A stretch of DNA of 63,037 nucleotides, filler included, from Olpidium bornovanus S191 (lineage: Eukaryota > Fungi > Olpidiomycota): assembly GCA_017911155.1 (NCBI GenBank). It is 30 parts of 30 records of this genome, joined end to end, with 100 filler letters (N's around TTAATTAATTAA, not from the genome) between each part and the next. Parts side by side here need not be neighbours in the genome. Positions count along the whole stretch, not along the records: positions 60,258 to 61,825 come from JAEFCI010001416.1; positions 61,926 to 63,037 come from JAEFCI010012777.1; 28 more parts are not named here. One strand, given 5' to 3'. Every line of letters begins with the position of its first letter. Position 1 is the first letter of the stretch. The position numbers and the translations under genes are program-made. The notes beneath the pieces were generated by a model. It saw only the letters and a list, made by a program, of their open reading frames with translations, was not told where the DNA came from and made no database searches. Below are positions 61,411 through 63,037 of this stretch, one piece after another.

Positions 61411-61597
61411 TGTGTCCGTCAACACACTCTTGTGTGTGCGCGCCTGTCTAACAAGTGAAGTACCTAATCTGCGCACTTGCATGATCTGGAGATTGTATTT
61501 CACGAGTCTAGCTCTGGAGTCTGCATCTGGATCTAGAGTTCTGGAGTTGTGCTGCGGCACGCTCCTCGTCCCGACTGAACCGTCGACTTACGCCAAG

Positions 61598-61780
61598 GAG
61601 GGCGCCACGGAAGGCGGCGGCGGGCAAGAAAGTGATGGAGGCGAAGGCGGGACAAGGCGGCCCCCGGACTCGGGGCCCGACCAATAGAATAGTCCCCCTC
61701 GAAGCCCGCCAATTGAAGAGCTTCCCCCTTACCCCCCCTTTTTTCCCCCAGCGCCACACGCGGGAACTCCCCGCCAACCA
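61598..61780 (-). repeat. Dispersed repeat copy B (inverted relative to 57375-57675)
   Basis: The ORF track shows near-identical translations (LAGFEGDYSIGR; ILLVGPRVRGP) from both copies. Confidence 0.85.
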
Positions 61781-61825
<45 letters not shown>

Positions 61826-62334
61826 NNNNNNNNNNNNNNNNNNNNNNNNNNNNNNNNNNNNNNNNNNNNTTAATTAATTAANNNNNNNNNNNNNNNNNNN
61901 NNNNNNNNNNNNNNNNNNNNNNNNNGATCTGGGATAAACGATATTTCCTGCGGTAACCGGATTTGTGATCACGTGACTTTTTTTTTTTGCGCCGAACACC
62001 TCGCTGCTGTTCTGCCGCCCCGCCCCTCCGCGCGGCTGCTTCCATGAGAAGAAGTGCTCGGCAACAACGCACACCACCCGCACGCACGCGCGCGCCCGCG
62101 CGTGAACGACGAGCGCGGGCCCCTTCCCCTTTTTTTCGGCGAGCGCCCGCTGGCGTTCGCCCGAGGCGTTTCTCGCGGGACGCCTTCTTTTTTTTTCTTT
62201 TTTTTTTTAATCCCGCCCGGCCGCCGGTCTCCATCGCACCTCGCGACCGCCGACGCGTTCTAAGAGAAACGGGACGACGAGCCCACCCCCTTCCCTCTGC
62301 GCGCGGTCGTCCATAACAAACCGCGAGTGGCATC

Positions 62335-63037
62335 ATGCCTCCGACAAGGGCCCCTTGTCCGAACCCGCTCTTCGTGCTGTGGCTGGGCGAGTGGAAGAGG
62401 CAGGCAAAGGACAAGCTAAAGGCCGACCTGGCTCCTCCGTCGGCGAAAAACGTCTACATAAACTTGAAGAAGGTCTGTCTTCCAAAAAAAAAATAAAAAA
62501 CGCACACTCTTTCGTCACGCGCACGCGAGAGTTCTCACTCCCCGTCTCTTCGACGGCAAGTGAAACCCAGGCCGGCTTTTGACACGTTCCCCGTACGTGT
62601 GCCTCGTCTTAGGCGCACACAGCAATGCAAGCCTATCCTTACCCCTTGGCCACCGGATTGGACGCCCGGTTCGTGCCGTCGATCGGCGACACTATTGCGT
62701 CCCGACTGCAAAAGAGGCTGGAAATGCACCACCGCGTGAATCAGGCCTCAACATCCTCGCCAGAGTCGCCCAATCGTCTTGTGACGAGTCCGGGGTTCGC
62801 CCGGGGGCCCCGTGGCGGTGCGGATCAGAAGGCAAAAAGGCCCGGATACCAGCCGAGACAGGGCTCACCCCAGTACGCCATCCTCCTCGCGCTCCGAGAG
62901 GGAAAGCAGCCGATGACAAAGGCCAGCTTAGTCAAAAGCGCGGAAAAATTTCAGCACGCATCCGCCACGACCGAAGCACGGTTTGTCGGGTGGAGCGCGA
63001 GCGCGTTTCTGTTGCGCGAAGGCCTGATTCGCATGGA
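62335..63037 (+). CDS. MUS81: MUS81 structure-specific endonuclease, N-terminal HhH and winged helix; 3'-truncated
   Basis: MPPTRAPCPNPLFVLWLGEWKRQA..VYINLKK|AHTAMQAYPYPLATGLDARFVPSIGDTIASRLQKRL; GYQPRQGSPQYAILLAL..MTKASLV. Confidence 0.93.

Overview
This window is not one locus. It is 30 short contigs (about 1-7.7 kb) joined by 29 identical 100-nt artificial spacers (44 N + TTAATTAATTAA + 44 N), so adjacency across spacers has no biological meaning. The DNA is eukaryotic, GC-rich and intron-dense, with long homopolymer tracts. About a third of contig ends fall at or within 2 nt of CATG, which suggests an NlaIII-type library artefact. Manual splicing recovers mostly partial genes: long-chain chromate transporter, an ARM + BC/cullin-box + Cys-rich protein, OTU1, an AGC kinase, DCTN3, an Itc1/ACF1-like DDT-WHIM protein, a GBP-like helical domain, symplekin, POT1, a secreted Frizzled-CRD + ELAPOR/KIAA1324-like protein, cyclin H, GCP5, ALDH8A1-like, Zim17, Argonaute, ABITRAM, an MFS-like transporter, NFX1, neutral trehalase and MUS81. 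Mobile DNA includes decayed Ty1/copia and Ty3/gypsy fragments, a DIRS-type adenine methyltransferase domain, a ~210-bp foldback hairpin and a dispersed repeat family. The gene mix suggests an early-diverging (non-Dikarya) fungus; this is inference. The best leads are two consecutive microexons (7 and 6 nt) in Argonaute, the 8-Cys Frizzled-CRD/ELAPOR-like fusion, a possible cullin-RING substrate receptor, and a DIRS MTase detached from its RT/RNase H. No multi-gene novel system can be supported from this assembly. All family assignments come from motif recognition by eye; no database searches were run.
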